Source: an uncultured Christensenellaceae bacterium
Lineage (GTDB): Bacteria; Bacillota; Clostridia; Christensenellales; UBA3700
DNA length: 64,000 nt
Direction: 5' to 3'
Assembly (NCBI GenBank): GCA_944383895.1
Contig: CALWRH010000001.1
Location: forward strand, 57,199 to 121,198
Position numbers and translations under genes: made by a program. The notes under the pieces are model-generated. The model saw nothing but the letters and a program-made list of their open reading frames with translations. It made no database searches and was not told where the DNA came from. Positions 1 to 10,039 of the stretch are shown one piece after another (positions within the stretch are counted from its first letter, which is position 1; every line of letters starts with the position of its first letter).

Positions 1-138
1 CGCGATACTCTGTATGAGATAAGGTTTGAAAAGTCGGACAGGCGCGGCATACGGACGGGCGGCGTGAATTACACGAACTGCATGGTTTTACCTCTTAAGA
101 ACAAAGGCGGAAGAATAGAGGTCACGGTACTGTTCTGA
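1..138 (+). CDS. 3' end of an unidentified CDS truncated by the window start
   Basis: Frame 1 is open from base 1 to TGA at 136-138 (...KNKGGRIEVTVLF*). The 45 visible residues are too few to assign a family. Confidence 0.35.
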   Translation, partial: RDTLYEIRFEKSDRRGIRTGGVNYTNCMVLPLKNKGGRIEVTVLF

Positions 139-151
139 CGGTTAGTTTGCC

Positions 152-180
152 TTGACAAGAAGTCTGTATGTATTTATAAT
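152..180 (+). promoter_or_regulatory. Consensus sigma-A type promoter of rarA (TTGACA-17-TATAAT)
   Basis: TTGACA at 152-157, an exact 17-nt spacer, TATAAT at 175-180. The rarA ATG lies 7 nt after the -10. Confidence 0.6.
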
Positions 181-187
181 AAACGGT

Positions 188-1480
188 ATGGACAGTTTAT
201 TCGATTTCAACGTCAACGCATCCAAGCCTCTCGCTGAAAAAATGCGCCCGACTTCGCTCGACGATTTCGTAGGGCAACAACATATTGTCGGCAAAGGGAG
301 TCTTTTGAGAAGAGCCATACTTGCAGACAAGCTGGGCAGCTGCATTTTTTACGGACCTCCGGGATGCGGCAAAACTACGCTTGCGCATATCATAGCGTCG
401 ACGACTCACAGCGATTTCGTGCAGATGAACGCCGTATCGAGCGGCGTTGCCGACGCTAAAAAAGTGATAGAAGACGCAAGGACGAGGTTGGAGCTTTACG
501 GCACGCGCACTTATCTTATGCTCGACGAGTGTCACAGGTGGAATAAGGCGCAGTCGGACTGCATGCTTGCCGCGATCGAGCAGGGGTATATCGTATTCAT
601 CGGTTCGACTACCGAAAACCCTTACGTCAACATGACCCGCGCGATCGTTTCTCGTTGCCGCGTTTTCGAATTCAAGCGTCTCAGCGAAGAAGACGTAAAG
701 AGCGCCTTGCTCCGCGCGATATCCGATAAGACCAACGGACTCGGCAATTACGATCTGAAAGTAGAGGAAAAAGCTCTCGATCATCTCGTATGGGCGTCGG
801 ACGGCGACTTGCGCACCGCGCTCAATTCTCTCGAGCTTGCAGTGATGACTACGAATCCCGATAAGGACGGCAAAATCGTCATCGATCTCGAAACGGCGCA
901 GCAATCCATACAGAAAAAGGCTCTCAGTATAGACGAAAGCACATATTACGATATGCTTTCCGCTTTCTGCAAGTCGCTGAGGGGCAGCGACAGCGACGCC
1001 GCGCTCTATTGGGCTGAAAGGCTCATACAGGCAGGTTGCGATCCGCTCCTAATAGCGAGAAGGACGCTCGTGCACAGCAGCGAAGACGTCGGTATGGCAG
1101 ATCCGATGGCGCTCGTCGTTGCAAATGCGGCAGTCGAGGCTTATAAGAATCTCGGTATGCCCGAAGGCAAGATACCTCTGTACAATGCCATAATCTACGT
1201 ATGCGAGGCGAGCAAATCGAACAGCGTCGTAGAGGCGATGTACGGCGCGGAAAGACTCGTACAGGAATACAAGGACGACAACGTGCCGCCATATCTCAGA
1301 GATACTCATTATCATACCGACAAGGTAACGGGCTACAAATACGTGCACGATTATGGCGGCTGGGTGGAGCAGACTTATCTCCCCGAATCCATAAAGGACG
1401 CACAGCTGTACAAACCGTCTAAAAACGGAAAAGAAAAGGATCTCGTTCGCGCCAAAGTAATAAAGGCGAACAAAGGATAA
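188..1480 (+). CDS. rarA: Replication-associated recombination protein A (AAA+ ATPase RarA/MgsA)
   Basis: N-terminus MDSLFDF..PLAEKMRP..LDDFVGQQH and Walker A GPPGCGKTTLA are typical of RarA, and the C-terminal MgsA-type region is present. The TTG at 152 proposed by the ORF track is the -35 box, so ATG 188 is preferred. Confidence 0.9.
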   Translation: MDSLFDFNVNASKPLAEKMRPTSLDDFVGQQHIVGKGSLLRRAILADKLGSCIFYGPPGCGKTTLAHIIASTTHSDFVQMNAVSSGVADAKKVIEDARTRLELYGTRTYLMLDECHRWNKAQSDCMLAAIEQGYIVFIGSTTENPYVNMTRAIVSRCRVFEFKRLSEEDVKSALLRAISDKTNGLGNYDLKVEEKALDHLVWASDGDLRTALNSLELAVMTTNPDKDGKIVIDLETAQQSIQKKALSIDESTYYDMLSAFCKSLRGSDSDAALYWAERLIQAGCDPLLIARRTLVHSSEDVGMADPMALVVANAAVEAYKNLGMPEGKIPLYNAIIYVCEASKSNSVVEAMYGAERLVQEYKDDNVPPYLRDTHYHTDKVTGYKYVHDYGGWVEQTYLPESIKDAQLYKPSKNGKEKDLVRAKVIKANKG

Positions 1481-1483
1481 TTT

Positions 1484-2236
1484 ATGCTTGAAATAACCAA
1501 CCTCGTAAAGAAGTACAAAAACAGCGATAAACTCGCTGTCGACAACGTGTCTTTCACGGTCGGAGAAGGCGAAGTCTTCGGATTTCTCGGCCCTAACGGC
1601 GCGGGAAAATCCACGACGATAAAATGCGCGTGCGGCATACTTCCTTTCGATTCCGGAAGTATAAAAATATGCGGTCACAACATAAAAGACGACGCGATCG
1701 CCGCAAAACGCAACATCGGCTACGTTTCGGACAACCACGCGCTTTACGACAGACTGACGGCGAGAGAATATCTCAGTTTCATCTGCGACATTTACGGCGT
1801 AGGAGTAAACGACCGCAGGACGAGGGCGGACAAATATCTGTCGCTTTTCGAACTTACCGAGGCTTACGACACGCCGATACGCTCTTATTCTCACGGTATG
1901 AAACAGAAGATATGCGTTATCGGCGCGCTTATCCACAACCCCAAACTCTGGATCCTCGACGAGCCGATGACGGGACTCGACCCTAAATCCGCATACGAGC
2001 TCAAAGAGCTTATGAAGGAACACTGCAAAGAAGGCAACAGCGTCTTCTTCAGTTCTCACGTCCTCGAAGTTGTAGAAAAGGTGTGCGATAAAGTTGCCAT
2101 TATTGACGGAGGAAAGCTCGTTACTTCGTTCGATATCGCAGATCTTAAGGAAATGAAAGACAACAAGTCGCTCGAAGACGTATTCCTCTCTCTTACGGAG
2201 GACAAGCCCGCGGACGGCGAAATAAAATTCGATTGA
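1484..2236 (+). CDS. ABC transporter ATP-binding protein
   Basis: Walker A GPNGAGKST, signature-like SHGMKQK, Walker B LWILDEP. Confidence 0.9.
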   Translation: MLEITNLVKKYKNSDKLAVDNVSFTVGEGEVFGFLGPNGAGKSTTIKCACGILPFDSGSIKICGHNIKDDAIAAKRNIGYVSDNHALYDRLTAREYLSFICDIYGVGVNDRRTRADKYLSLFELTEAYDTPIRSYSHGMKQKICVIGALIHNPKLWILDEPMTGLDPKSAYELKELMKEHCKEGNSVFFSSHVLEVVEKVCDKVAIIDGGKLVTSFDIADLKEMKDNKSLEDVFLSLTEDKPADGEIKFD

Positions 2237-2237
2237 T

Positions 2238-3944
2238 ATGAAACAGTTCTTAACCCTGTTCAAACTTAATTTCAGATATTATACTTTGCCCGATTTTTCG
2301 GATAAGAAGTCGCGCAAAAGATACATAGCGCTCGTAGTGTTGCTCGGACTTTGCTTTCTGATACCGATAATAGGGCTTTTCGCGACGCTTTACGCTACGG
2401 CGCAACTGGCTTTCGCCGAGGGCGGAACGGTTGAGATGCTGTCGGGCATATTCTGCATATCGCAGATAACGGTATTGTTCTTAAGCGCGTTTTCTTATAT
2501 ATCTTCGATGTTTTTTGCAAAAGACAACGAGATAATGCTCAATCTTCCCGTACCGCAGGTTACGGTATTTATGAGCAAGCTCCTCGTGTGTTATGTCAAC
2601 GAACTTCTTATATCTACTGTCGTCGTTCTTCCTGCGACCGTGATAACCGCGATTGCGGCGGCGCAGGCAGGTTTTGCACTCGGCGCGGAGTTTTATATCC
2701 TTATACCAGTTGCGGTGCTTTTGCTTCCGCTTTTGCCGATGCTGCTTTTGTCGATAGTGTCGTTCCCGATTGCCGTCATAATACAAAAGCTCAGCAAAAG
2801 ACCTATTCTCGGCGCGATCGTGCAGGCTGTATTTACGATAGCTTTCGTTGCGGCGGTATATTATCTGTCGTATTCCTCGTCTTATTCCGTAGGTAACGGT
2901 CAGACGCTGAGCGTATCGCAGATATTCGCGCCTATGGCAAAAGTCAATGTCTTCACTACGATGCTTGCAAAAGCGATGTTCGGGCAGAACGTCGCGGGCA
3001 ATTTCTTTGCGTTTCTCGGCTCTACGGCTGCGTTCGCCGCTGTTTCGTGCGGACTTTCGGTACTGTTCTACAAAAGGGCTTTGCAGAGCGGCGCGGAAGG
3101 CTCGGGATCTTCAAAGAAACGCGCGGTAAAAGAGGAGAGAGAAAAGGGAGTCAGAACGCCTTTTACGTCCTTTATTTTTACCGACGTCAAATATCTGTTC
3201 AGAGAAAGCTCCGTTACGGTAAACACTATTCTTTCCCTGGTAATGCCTGCTTTGCTCGTGTTCTTATGCACGTTTATGACGACCCGCTCTATGGAGGCGT
3301 CTATGCAGGCGGCACAGGAGGCGGGATCGGAGAGCGGTGCCGCGGAAAGCGGATTCATGTCAACGCCTTATCTGTCGCTCGCTTTGTCGATAATGATGGC
3401 GGGCTGGTTCTGTTCGGGAACAAATCTTTTCTCCACGGTAGGTTTCAGTCTTGAAAGAGAAAACTTCTCTGTAATAAAGACCCTGCCTGTTTCCTTCGAT
3501 AAGATCTATTATGCAAAACTTATCGCCGCGGATGCGGTAACGCTGGTTTCTACGGCGCTTGCGTCCGTCGTTACGGTAGTTATATCCAAGGTTTCGGTAT
3601 GGGATTTCATATTCATGGCGATCCTGATGTCGGTATACGGATTTACGATAAACGCCTTTGCGCTGCTCAGAGATCTCAAGGCACCGAGGCTTAATTGGAT
3701 AACGGTGAAAGAATTGACAAAAAACAATTTCCATACGCTTATCCCGATGCTTGTGGCAATTGTCGGAATTATTCCCGTAATGATCGTTGCGTTTGTATGC
3801 GCTTTTTCGCAAAGTCTGAGCAACGTAGCGCGTTCAGCGATAATATGGGGCGTTTTTGCCGCGGTGGATCTTGTATACGTACTTCTTTTCCATCTGCGCG
3901 CAGGGGACAAGGCGTTGAAATACTTTGAGGAGTGTGAGTGCTGA
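2238..3944 (+). CDS. ABC exporter permease-like polytopic membrane protein
   Basis: 568 aa with many hydrophobic helices. The start is 1 nt after the ATPase stop (TGAtATG), implying translational coupling. No specific family assigned. Confidence 0.7.
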   Translation: MKQFLTLFKLNFRYYTLPDFSDKKSRKRYIALVVLLGLCFLIPIIGLFATLYATAQLAFAEGGTVEMLSGIFCISQITVLFLSAFSYISSMFFAKDNEIMLNLPVPQVTVFMSKLLVCYVNELLISTVVVLPATVITAIAAAQAGFALGAEFYILIPVAVLLLPLLPMLLLSIVSFPIAVIIQKLSKRPILGAIVQAVFTIAFVAAVYYLSYSSSYSVGNGQTLSVSQIFAPMAKVNVFTTMLAKAMFGQNVAGNFFAFLGSTAAFAAVSCGLSVLFYKRALQSGAEGSGSSKKRAVKEEREKGVRTPFTSFIFTDVKYLFRESSVTVNTILSLVMPALLVFLCTFMTTRSMEASMQAAQEAGSESGAAESGFMSTPYLSLALSIMMAGWFCSGTNLFSTVGFSLERENFSVIKTLPVSFDKIYYAKLIAADAVTLVSTALASVVTVVISKVSVWDFIFMAILMSVYGFTINAFALLRDLKAPRLNWITVKELTKNNFHTLIPMLVAIVGIIPVMIVAFVCAFSQSLSNVARSAIIWGVFAAVDLVYVLLFHLRAGDKALKYFEECEC

Positions 3945-4351
3945 TGAGACATCTTTGCATTGATTTAGGCGACGTGAGAATAGGACTAGCCACGAGCGAC
4001 AGCATGGGTATATGTGCTACGGGGCTGGAAACGTACAGGAGAACGGAGCCGCAGAAAGATCTCGAATATATAGCAGAAATCGTCAAAAGAGAAAATATCG
4101 GGCGAGTCGTCATCGGCCTTCCCGTGAATATGGACGGTACGAGCGGCGAAAGAGTGGAAAAGGCGAGAGCGTTTGGCGATGCTCTGAAACCTTTGATCAG
4201 TGCCGAAATCGCTTATCAGGACGAAAGACTTTCTACCGTGGCGGGAGAACGCATGCTCATCGAGGCAGGCATGCGCCGCGACAAACGCAAGAAAGTCATC
4301 GACAAGATAGCCGCTACGATAATACTGCAGACTTATCTCGATTCACATTGA
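3938..4351 (+). CDS. ruvX: Holliday junction resolvase-like / pre-16S rRNA nuclease RuvX (YqgF)
   Basis: CIDLGDVRIGLATSD and GLPVNMDGTSG motifs. Size 137 aa. Confidence 0.9.
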   Translation: MLMRHLCIDLGDVRIGLATSDSMGICATGLETYRRTEPQKDLEYIAEIVKRENIGRVVIGLPVNMDGTSGERVEKARAFGDALKPLISAEIAYQDERLSTVAGERMLIEAGMRRDKRKKVIDKIAATIILQTYLDSH

Positions 4352-4432
4352 GCGTTTACGGCTGCAAACCGTTGATTAAATACAAAAAAACATGTTATAA
4401 TACAGACGATCAAACCTAAAAAGGAGTTAATT

Positions 4433-4849
4433 ATGGCAAATCAGGACGACAGAGATAAAGAGTATATCGAAGAAAACACCATCGTGCTCAAAGGCGAAGA
4501 CGGTGAAGAAATCGAACTCGTAAATATAGCGGACGTCGATTACGGCGATTCCGAATACTGCATCATGCAGCCCGTTGAGCTCGGCGATCTCGCTGACGAC
4601 GAAGTGATCGTTTTCGAGGTTGTTCGCGGGGAGAACGGCAACGATTCTTACGCTCCCGTTGAGGATATGGAACTTGCTCAGGCAGTGCTCGACGAGTTTT
4701 ACAGACAGTGCGACGAAGAGCTCGAGGACGACGATTGCGATTGCGACGACTGCGACTGCGAAGATTGCGGTTCATGCGGTTGTGAAGGATGCGGCGACGA
4801 TTGCGAAGATTTCGGATCCTGTGAAAAGAACTGTAAAAAAGACAAATAA
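4433..4849 (+). CDS. DUF1292 (YrzB-like) small acidic protein with an extra Cys/Asp-rich C-terminal tail
   Basis: The acidic N-terminal ~90 aa (EDGEEIELVNIADVDYGDSEYCIMQPVE...DEVIVFEV) follow the pattern of the DUF1292 gene that follows ruvX in Bacillus (yrrK-yrzB). RBS AAAGGAG upstream. The tail carries 12 Cys. Confidence 0.7.
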   Translation: MANQDDRDKEYIEENTIVLKGEDGEEIELVNIADVDYGDSEYCIMQPVELGDLADDEVIVFEVVRGENGNDSYAPVEDMELAQAVLDEFYRQCDEELEDDDCDCDDCDCEDCGSCGCEGCGDDCEDFGSCEKNCKKDK

Positions 4850-4909
4850 GCGTATTTATTGCATAAAGCAAAGGGCTGTTAAAAATTTTCAAAACAGTCG
4901 CGTTTTCGT

Positions 4910-4938
4910 TTGCTTTATATAATTTAATATGCTACAAT
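4910..4938 (+). promoter_or_regulatory. rpsB-tsf promoter (TTGCTT-17-TGcTACAAT, extended -10)
   Basis: TTGCTT 4910-4915, 17-nt spacer, TG at 4930-4931, TACAAT 4933-4938. Confidence 0.55.
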
Positions 4939-4957
4939 GCTAAAGGTTAAAAAATCA

Positions 4958-5017
4958 CCTAAGGTCAGTCGAGGGCATCCTGCTTTACAAAAGTAGTTCC
5001 GAAGCGAAAGCCTTAGG
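4958..5017 (+). promoter_or_regulatory. Structured 5' leader of rpsB (long-range helix closing a ~46-nt domain)
   Basis: CCTAAGG (4958-4964) is exactly complementary to CCTTAGG (5011-5017). This lies just upstream of RBS AAGGAG and ATG 5040. Confidence 0.4.
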
Positions 5018-5039
5018 GAAGAAAAAAGGAGAATAAAAA

Positions 5040-5831
5040 ATGGCAGTAGTAACAATGAAAGGCCTGCTCGAGGCAGGCGTACACTTCGGTCACCAGACCA
5101 AGAAATGGAACCCCAAGATGGCTAAGTACATCTATTCCGCACGCAACGATATTTATATAATCGACTTGCAGATTTCCGTAGAGCACGTTGAGAAAGCTTA
5201 CGCTTTTGTTCGTGAGATCGCTAAGCAGGGCAAATCCATCCTCTTCGTCGGTACCAAAAAACAGGCTCAGGACGCTATCAAAGACGAGGCAACCCGTTGC
5301 GGCATGTTCTACATGAACAAGAGATGGCCGGGCGGCACTTTGACCAACTTCAAGACGATGAGAAGCAGAATCGATCGCCTCAACAAGATCAACCAGATGG
5401 AGATCATGGGCGAGTTCGAACTCCTCCCCAAGAAAGAAGTTGCAGGCCTCAAGAAAGAGAAGGAAAAACTCGAAGAAGTATTCGGCGGCATCAAGAATAT
5501 GACCAATCTTCCCGGTGCTATGTTCGTAGTTGACATCAACAACGAAGAGATCGCCGTAAAAGAGGCAAGAAAGCTCGGTATCCCCGTTGTAGGTCTTGTC
5601 GATACCAACTGCGACCCCGACATGGTAGATTACGTTATCCCCGGCAACGACGACGCTATCCGCGCTATCAAACTTATCGCAAGCATTATGGCTAACGCGG
5701 TTATCGAGGCAAACGAAGGCATCGCTTATTCCGTAGAAGACGAAGAAGAAGATGCTGAAAAGATCGGTGAGGCAGCTGTTGAAAGCGAAAACGTCGGAGA
5801 AGAAACCGCTCCCGTTGCTACCGAAGAGTAA
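5040..5831 (+). CDS. rpsB: 30S ribosomal protein S2
   Basis: [27 protein letters not shown] is the canonical S2 N-terminus. Acidic C-terminal tail. Confidence 0.97.
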   Translation: MAVVTMKGLLEAGVHFGHQTKKWNPKMAKYIYSARNDIYIIDLQISVEHVEKAYAFVREIAKQGKSILFVGTKKQAQDAIKDEATRCGMFYMNKRWPGGTLTNFKTMRSRIDRLNKINQMEIMGEFELLPKKEVAGLKKEKEKLEEVFGGIKNMTNLPGAMFVVDINNEEIAVKEARKLGIPVVGLVDTNCDPDMVDYVIPGNDDAIRAIKLIASIMANAVIEANEGIAYSVEDEEEDAEKIGEAAVESENVGEETAPVATEE

Positions 5832-5849
5832 TTCATAAGGAGAAATTAT

Positions 5850-7486
<1,637 letters not shown>

Positions 7487-7502
7487 CGAGTACAGAACTT
7501 TT

Positions 7503-7529
7503 ACCCGCGGCGATCCCGCGGGTTTTTTT
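7503..7529 (+). terminator. Rho-independent terminator after pyrH
   Basis: ACCCGCGG-cgatc-CCGCGGGT followed by T7. Confidence 0.8.
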
Positions 7530-7623
7530 ATACAGAAATAATATATTTGCACGGTTCGTATTCGCCGCGCATAAGTTATAGACGTTATAATTTGTCTATA
7601 ATTATAATATTTATAAAAAAACA

Positions 7624-7652
7624 TTGAACTCGCAAAAAAAATTTGATATAAT
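7624..7652 (+). promoter_or_regulatory. frr promoter (TTGAAC-17-TGaTATAAT)
   Basis: TTGAAC 7624-7629, 17-nt spacer containing TG at 7644-7645, TATAAT 7647-7652. Confidence 0.55.
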
Positions 7653-7682
7653 GCTATTAGCAATCATACGAGGTGTAATTTT

Positions 7683-8261
7683 ATGATAAACAGCGAAAAA
7701 ATCGAAGTTCTCGAGGTATTTGACAAATACGAAGAAAAGCTCGAGAAATCCGTTTCCAATCTCAAAGGAGAATTTGCCAAACTCAAGGCGGGCAGAGCCA
7801 ACGCTCACGTTCTTGACAAGATATTCGTCGATTATTACGGTACCCCTACGCCTATCAAGCAGCTCGGCAACATTTCCGTACCCGAGGCGAGAATTCTTAT
7901 GATTTCCGTATGGGACGTATCCGCTCTCAAAGCTGTAGAAAAAGCTATCAACGAGGCAAATATCGGTATCAATCCGCAAAACGACGGCAAAGTTATCCGT
8001 CTTATCTTCCCCGAACTCACGGAGGCGAGAAGAAAGGATCTTTGCAAAGAAATAAGAGCAATGAGCGAAAACACCAAGATCGCGCTCAGAAATTCGCGCC
8101 GCGACGCAAACGATGCTGTCAAGAAACTCAAAAAGGACAATATCGTCACCGAAGACGAAGTTACCGTTTGCGAAAAAGAGATCGACAAGCTTCTCGCAGA
8201 GGCTGTCGCTGACGTAGACAAGAGCACCAAGGACAAAGAGCAGGAAGTAATGACCGTCTGA
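7683..8261 (+). CDS. frr: Ribosome recycling factor
   Basis: LKAGRANAHVLDKIFVDYYGTPTPIKQL...NPQNDG..IRL.FPELTEARRKDL, typical of RRF. Confidence 0.95.
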   Translation: MINSEKIEVLEVFDKYEEKLEKSVSNLKGEFAKLKAGRANAHVLDKIFVDYYGTPTPIKQLGNISVPEARILMISVWDVSALKAVEKAINEANIGINPQNDGKVIRLIFPELTEARRKDLCKEIRAMSENTKIALRNSRRDANDAVKKLKKDNIVTEDEVTVCEKEIDKLLAEAVADVDKSTKDKEQEVMTV

Positions 8262-8307
8262 TGACGGCTTGCTCTTTACGCCGTAACGGCATATGCCGTG
8301 ACTTTGC

Positions 8308-8334
8308 AAGCCGACTTGTTACGAGTCGGCTTGT
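8308..8334 (+). terminator. Hairpin after frr (terminator-like, poor U-tract)
   Basis: Perfect 10-bp stem CAAGCCGACT/AGTCGGCTTG with a 7-nt loop. It is preceded by the 14-bp palindrome ACGGCATATGCCGT (8287-8300). No clear T-run follows. Confidence 0.45.
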
Positions 8335-8376
8335 ATGCAATTAAGCATATAGTACAAGATACCGAAGGGGACTACA

Positions 8377-9081
8377 ATGCAGGGAGAACTCAAAATTCCG
8401 CGTCACATAGCTTTTATCATGGACGGCAACGGCAGATGGGCAAAAAAGCGTCTTCTGCCGCGTAAGGCAGGACACCGAGAAGGAGTCGTCGCTCTCAAAA
8501 GGATGATTGAAGAGTGCGAAAAAGCCGGCGTTGAAATGGTCACTTTTTACGCATTTTCAACAGAAAATTGGAAAAGACCGCAAGACGAGATAGACGCTCT
8601 TTTCAAAATGGTAAAGGAGTTTGCCGACAAACACCTTGCAGAGTATGTAAAACGCGGCTATCGCATCATGTTTATGGGCGATCTCACAAAACTGCCCAAA
8701 GAAACAGTCGACGCGCTCAGAAAAATCCTTTCCGAAGCAAAAGACAATACGGGTATGATCGTCAATATAGCGCTAAATTACGGCGGCAGGGACGAAATAC
8801 TTCACGCAGTCAACAGGATACTCGACACGGGAGTCAGAGAAGTCGATATGCAGACTTTATCTGATTGTATGTATACGGGAGGATTGCCCGATCCCGACGT
8901 TATCGTACGCAGCAGCGGAGAAAAACGCCTCAGCAATTTCATGCTCTGGCAGGCCGCTTATGCAGAATTTATATTTATTGACGACTATTGGCCGGATTTC
9001 GACGCCAAGATATTCAGACAAATATTAGAAGAATATTCGCAGAGGGACCGCAGATACGGCAACGTGCGCCGCATAAACTGA
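8377..9081 (+). CDS. uppS: Undecaprenyl (isoprenyl) diphosphate synthase
   Basis: HIAFIMDGNGRWA and FSTENWKRP motifs of cis-prenyltransferases. Confidence 0.95.
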   Translation: MQGELKIPRHIAFIMDGNGRWAKKRLLPRKAGHREGVVALKRMIEECEKAGVEMVTFYAFSTENWKRPQDEIDALFKMVKEFADKHLAEYVKRGYRIMFMGDLTKLPKETVDALRKILSEAKDNTGMIVNIALNYGGRDEILHAVNRILDTGVREVDMQTLSDCMYTGGLPDPDVIVRSSGEKRLSNFMLWQAAYAEFIFIDDYWPDFDAKIFRQILEEYSQRDRRYGNVRRIN

Positions 9082-9101
9082 CCTTTGCAAAAGGACGACT
9101 T

Positions 9102-9995
9102 ATGTTAAAGAGAATACTTACCGCAATAGTTTTGCTTGCTGTCGTTCTGGGTACGCTTTTCGGACTCAGACAGTTCAGCCTGTTCTACGTCGACACGCTT
9201 ATACTCATATGTATGGCGATAGGCGTATACGAAATGTTCGGTGCTTTCAGGGCGGCGAAGTACAAGCCTATGGCGATCCCGCTTATTATAGCGGTTATAG
9301 GTATATATCCCGCGCTCTGGTTCCTGCGTGAAACGGGTATAGTCGCGGTGATAGCGGTTACGGTAATGATCGCGCTCACCATATTCACTTTCGATCATAA
9401 ATACGAGCTGAAAGACTTTTTGTCTACTGCGTTTATCTTGTTTTATCCGATAGTCTTGCTTTCGATTTTCTTCCTTATCAACGGCAAAACCACTCTCGGA
9501 GATAATCCCGTAAACGAAAACTACGGCGACATGATAGGCATAATGCTTGCGCTTTTCATACCTGTGTTCACAGATACTTTCGCGTATTTCACGGGCATGG
9601 CGATTGGCGGAAAAAAGCTCTGTCCGGAGATAAGCCCCAAAAAAACTATTGCAGGTGCAGTAGGCGGTATCGTAGGCGGAATTGCGGCAAGCGTAATAGT
9701 ATTCCTGCTGTTTGACTTCTACGGTGTTTTCGACAGCATGAAAAACGTCAACGTGCATGCGCTTACCACAAATATGAACGTTTCGCTTGCAATATATATG
9801 GTAATAGGTCTTGTCGGCGCAGTTGTATCCGAAGTCGGAGATCTCTCGGCAAGCTGGATAAAGCGCAGAGCGGGAATAAAGGATTTCGGCAAGATTTTCC
9901 CCGGTCACGGCGGCATAATGGACAGGCTCGACAGTATTTTGTTCGTACTGCCGATAATATATCTCGCTTTTGCGATAATCAATGCCGTTGAATAA
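9102..9995 (+). CDS. cdsA: Phosphatidate cytidylyltransferase (CDP-diglyceride synthase)
   Basis: Polytopic membrane protein with C-terminal SxxKRxxGxKDxGxxxPGHGGxxDRxD signature (SWIKRRAGIKDFGKIFPGHGGIMDRLD). ATG 9102 is chosen because the upstream part of the ORF overlaps the uppS 3' end. Confidence 0.9.
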   Translation: MLKRILTAIVLLAVVLGTLFGLRQFSLFYVDTLILICMAIGVYEMFGAFRAAKYKPMAIPLIIAVIGIYPALWFLRETGIVAVIAVTVMIALTIFTFDHKYELKDFLSTAFILFYPIVLLSIFFLINGKTTLGDNPVNENYGDMIGIMLALFIPVFTDTFAYFTGMAIGGKKLCPEISPKKTIAGAVGGIVGGIAASVIVFLLFDFYGVFDSMKNVNVHALTTNMNVSLAIYMVIGLVGAVVSEVGDLSASWIKRRAGIKDFGKIFPGHGGIMDRLDSILFVLPIIYLAFAIINAVE

Positions 9996-10039
9996 AACAT
10001 ACGGCAAACGGCAATAAAATCATATTCGGAGAAGTTATT

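Noticed and set aside
152-187. The TTG at 152 as the rarA start (ORF track, 442 aa).
   Set aside because: The TTG is part of a perfect TTGACA -35 hexamer. The extra 12 residues (MTRSLYVFIING) are not RarA-like, whereas the ATG at 188 gives the canonical N-terminus.
7576-7601. An 8-bp inverted repeat TTATAGAC-N10-GTCTATAA upstream of the frr promoter.
   Set aside because: It is short and AT-rich in an AT-rich spacer. There is no second copy elsewhere in the window and no obvious regulatory logic.
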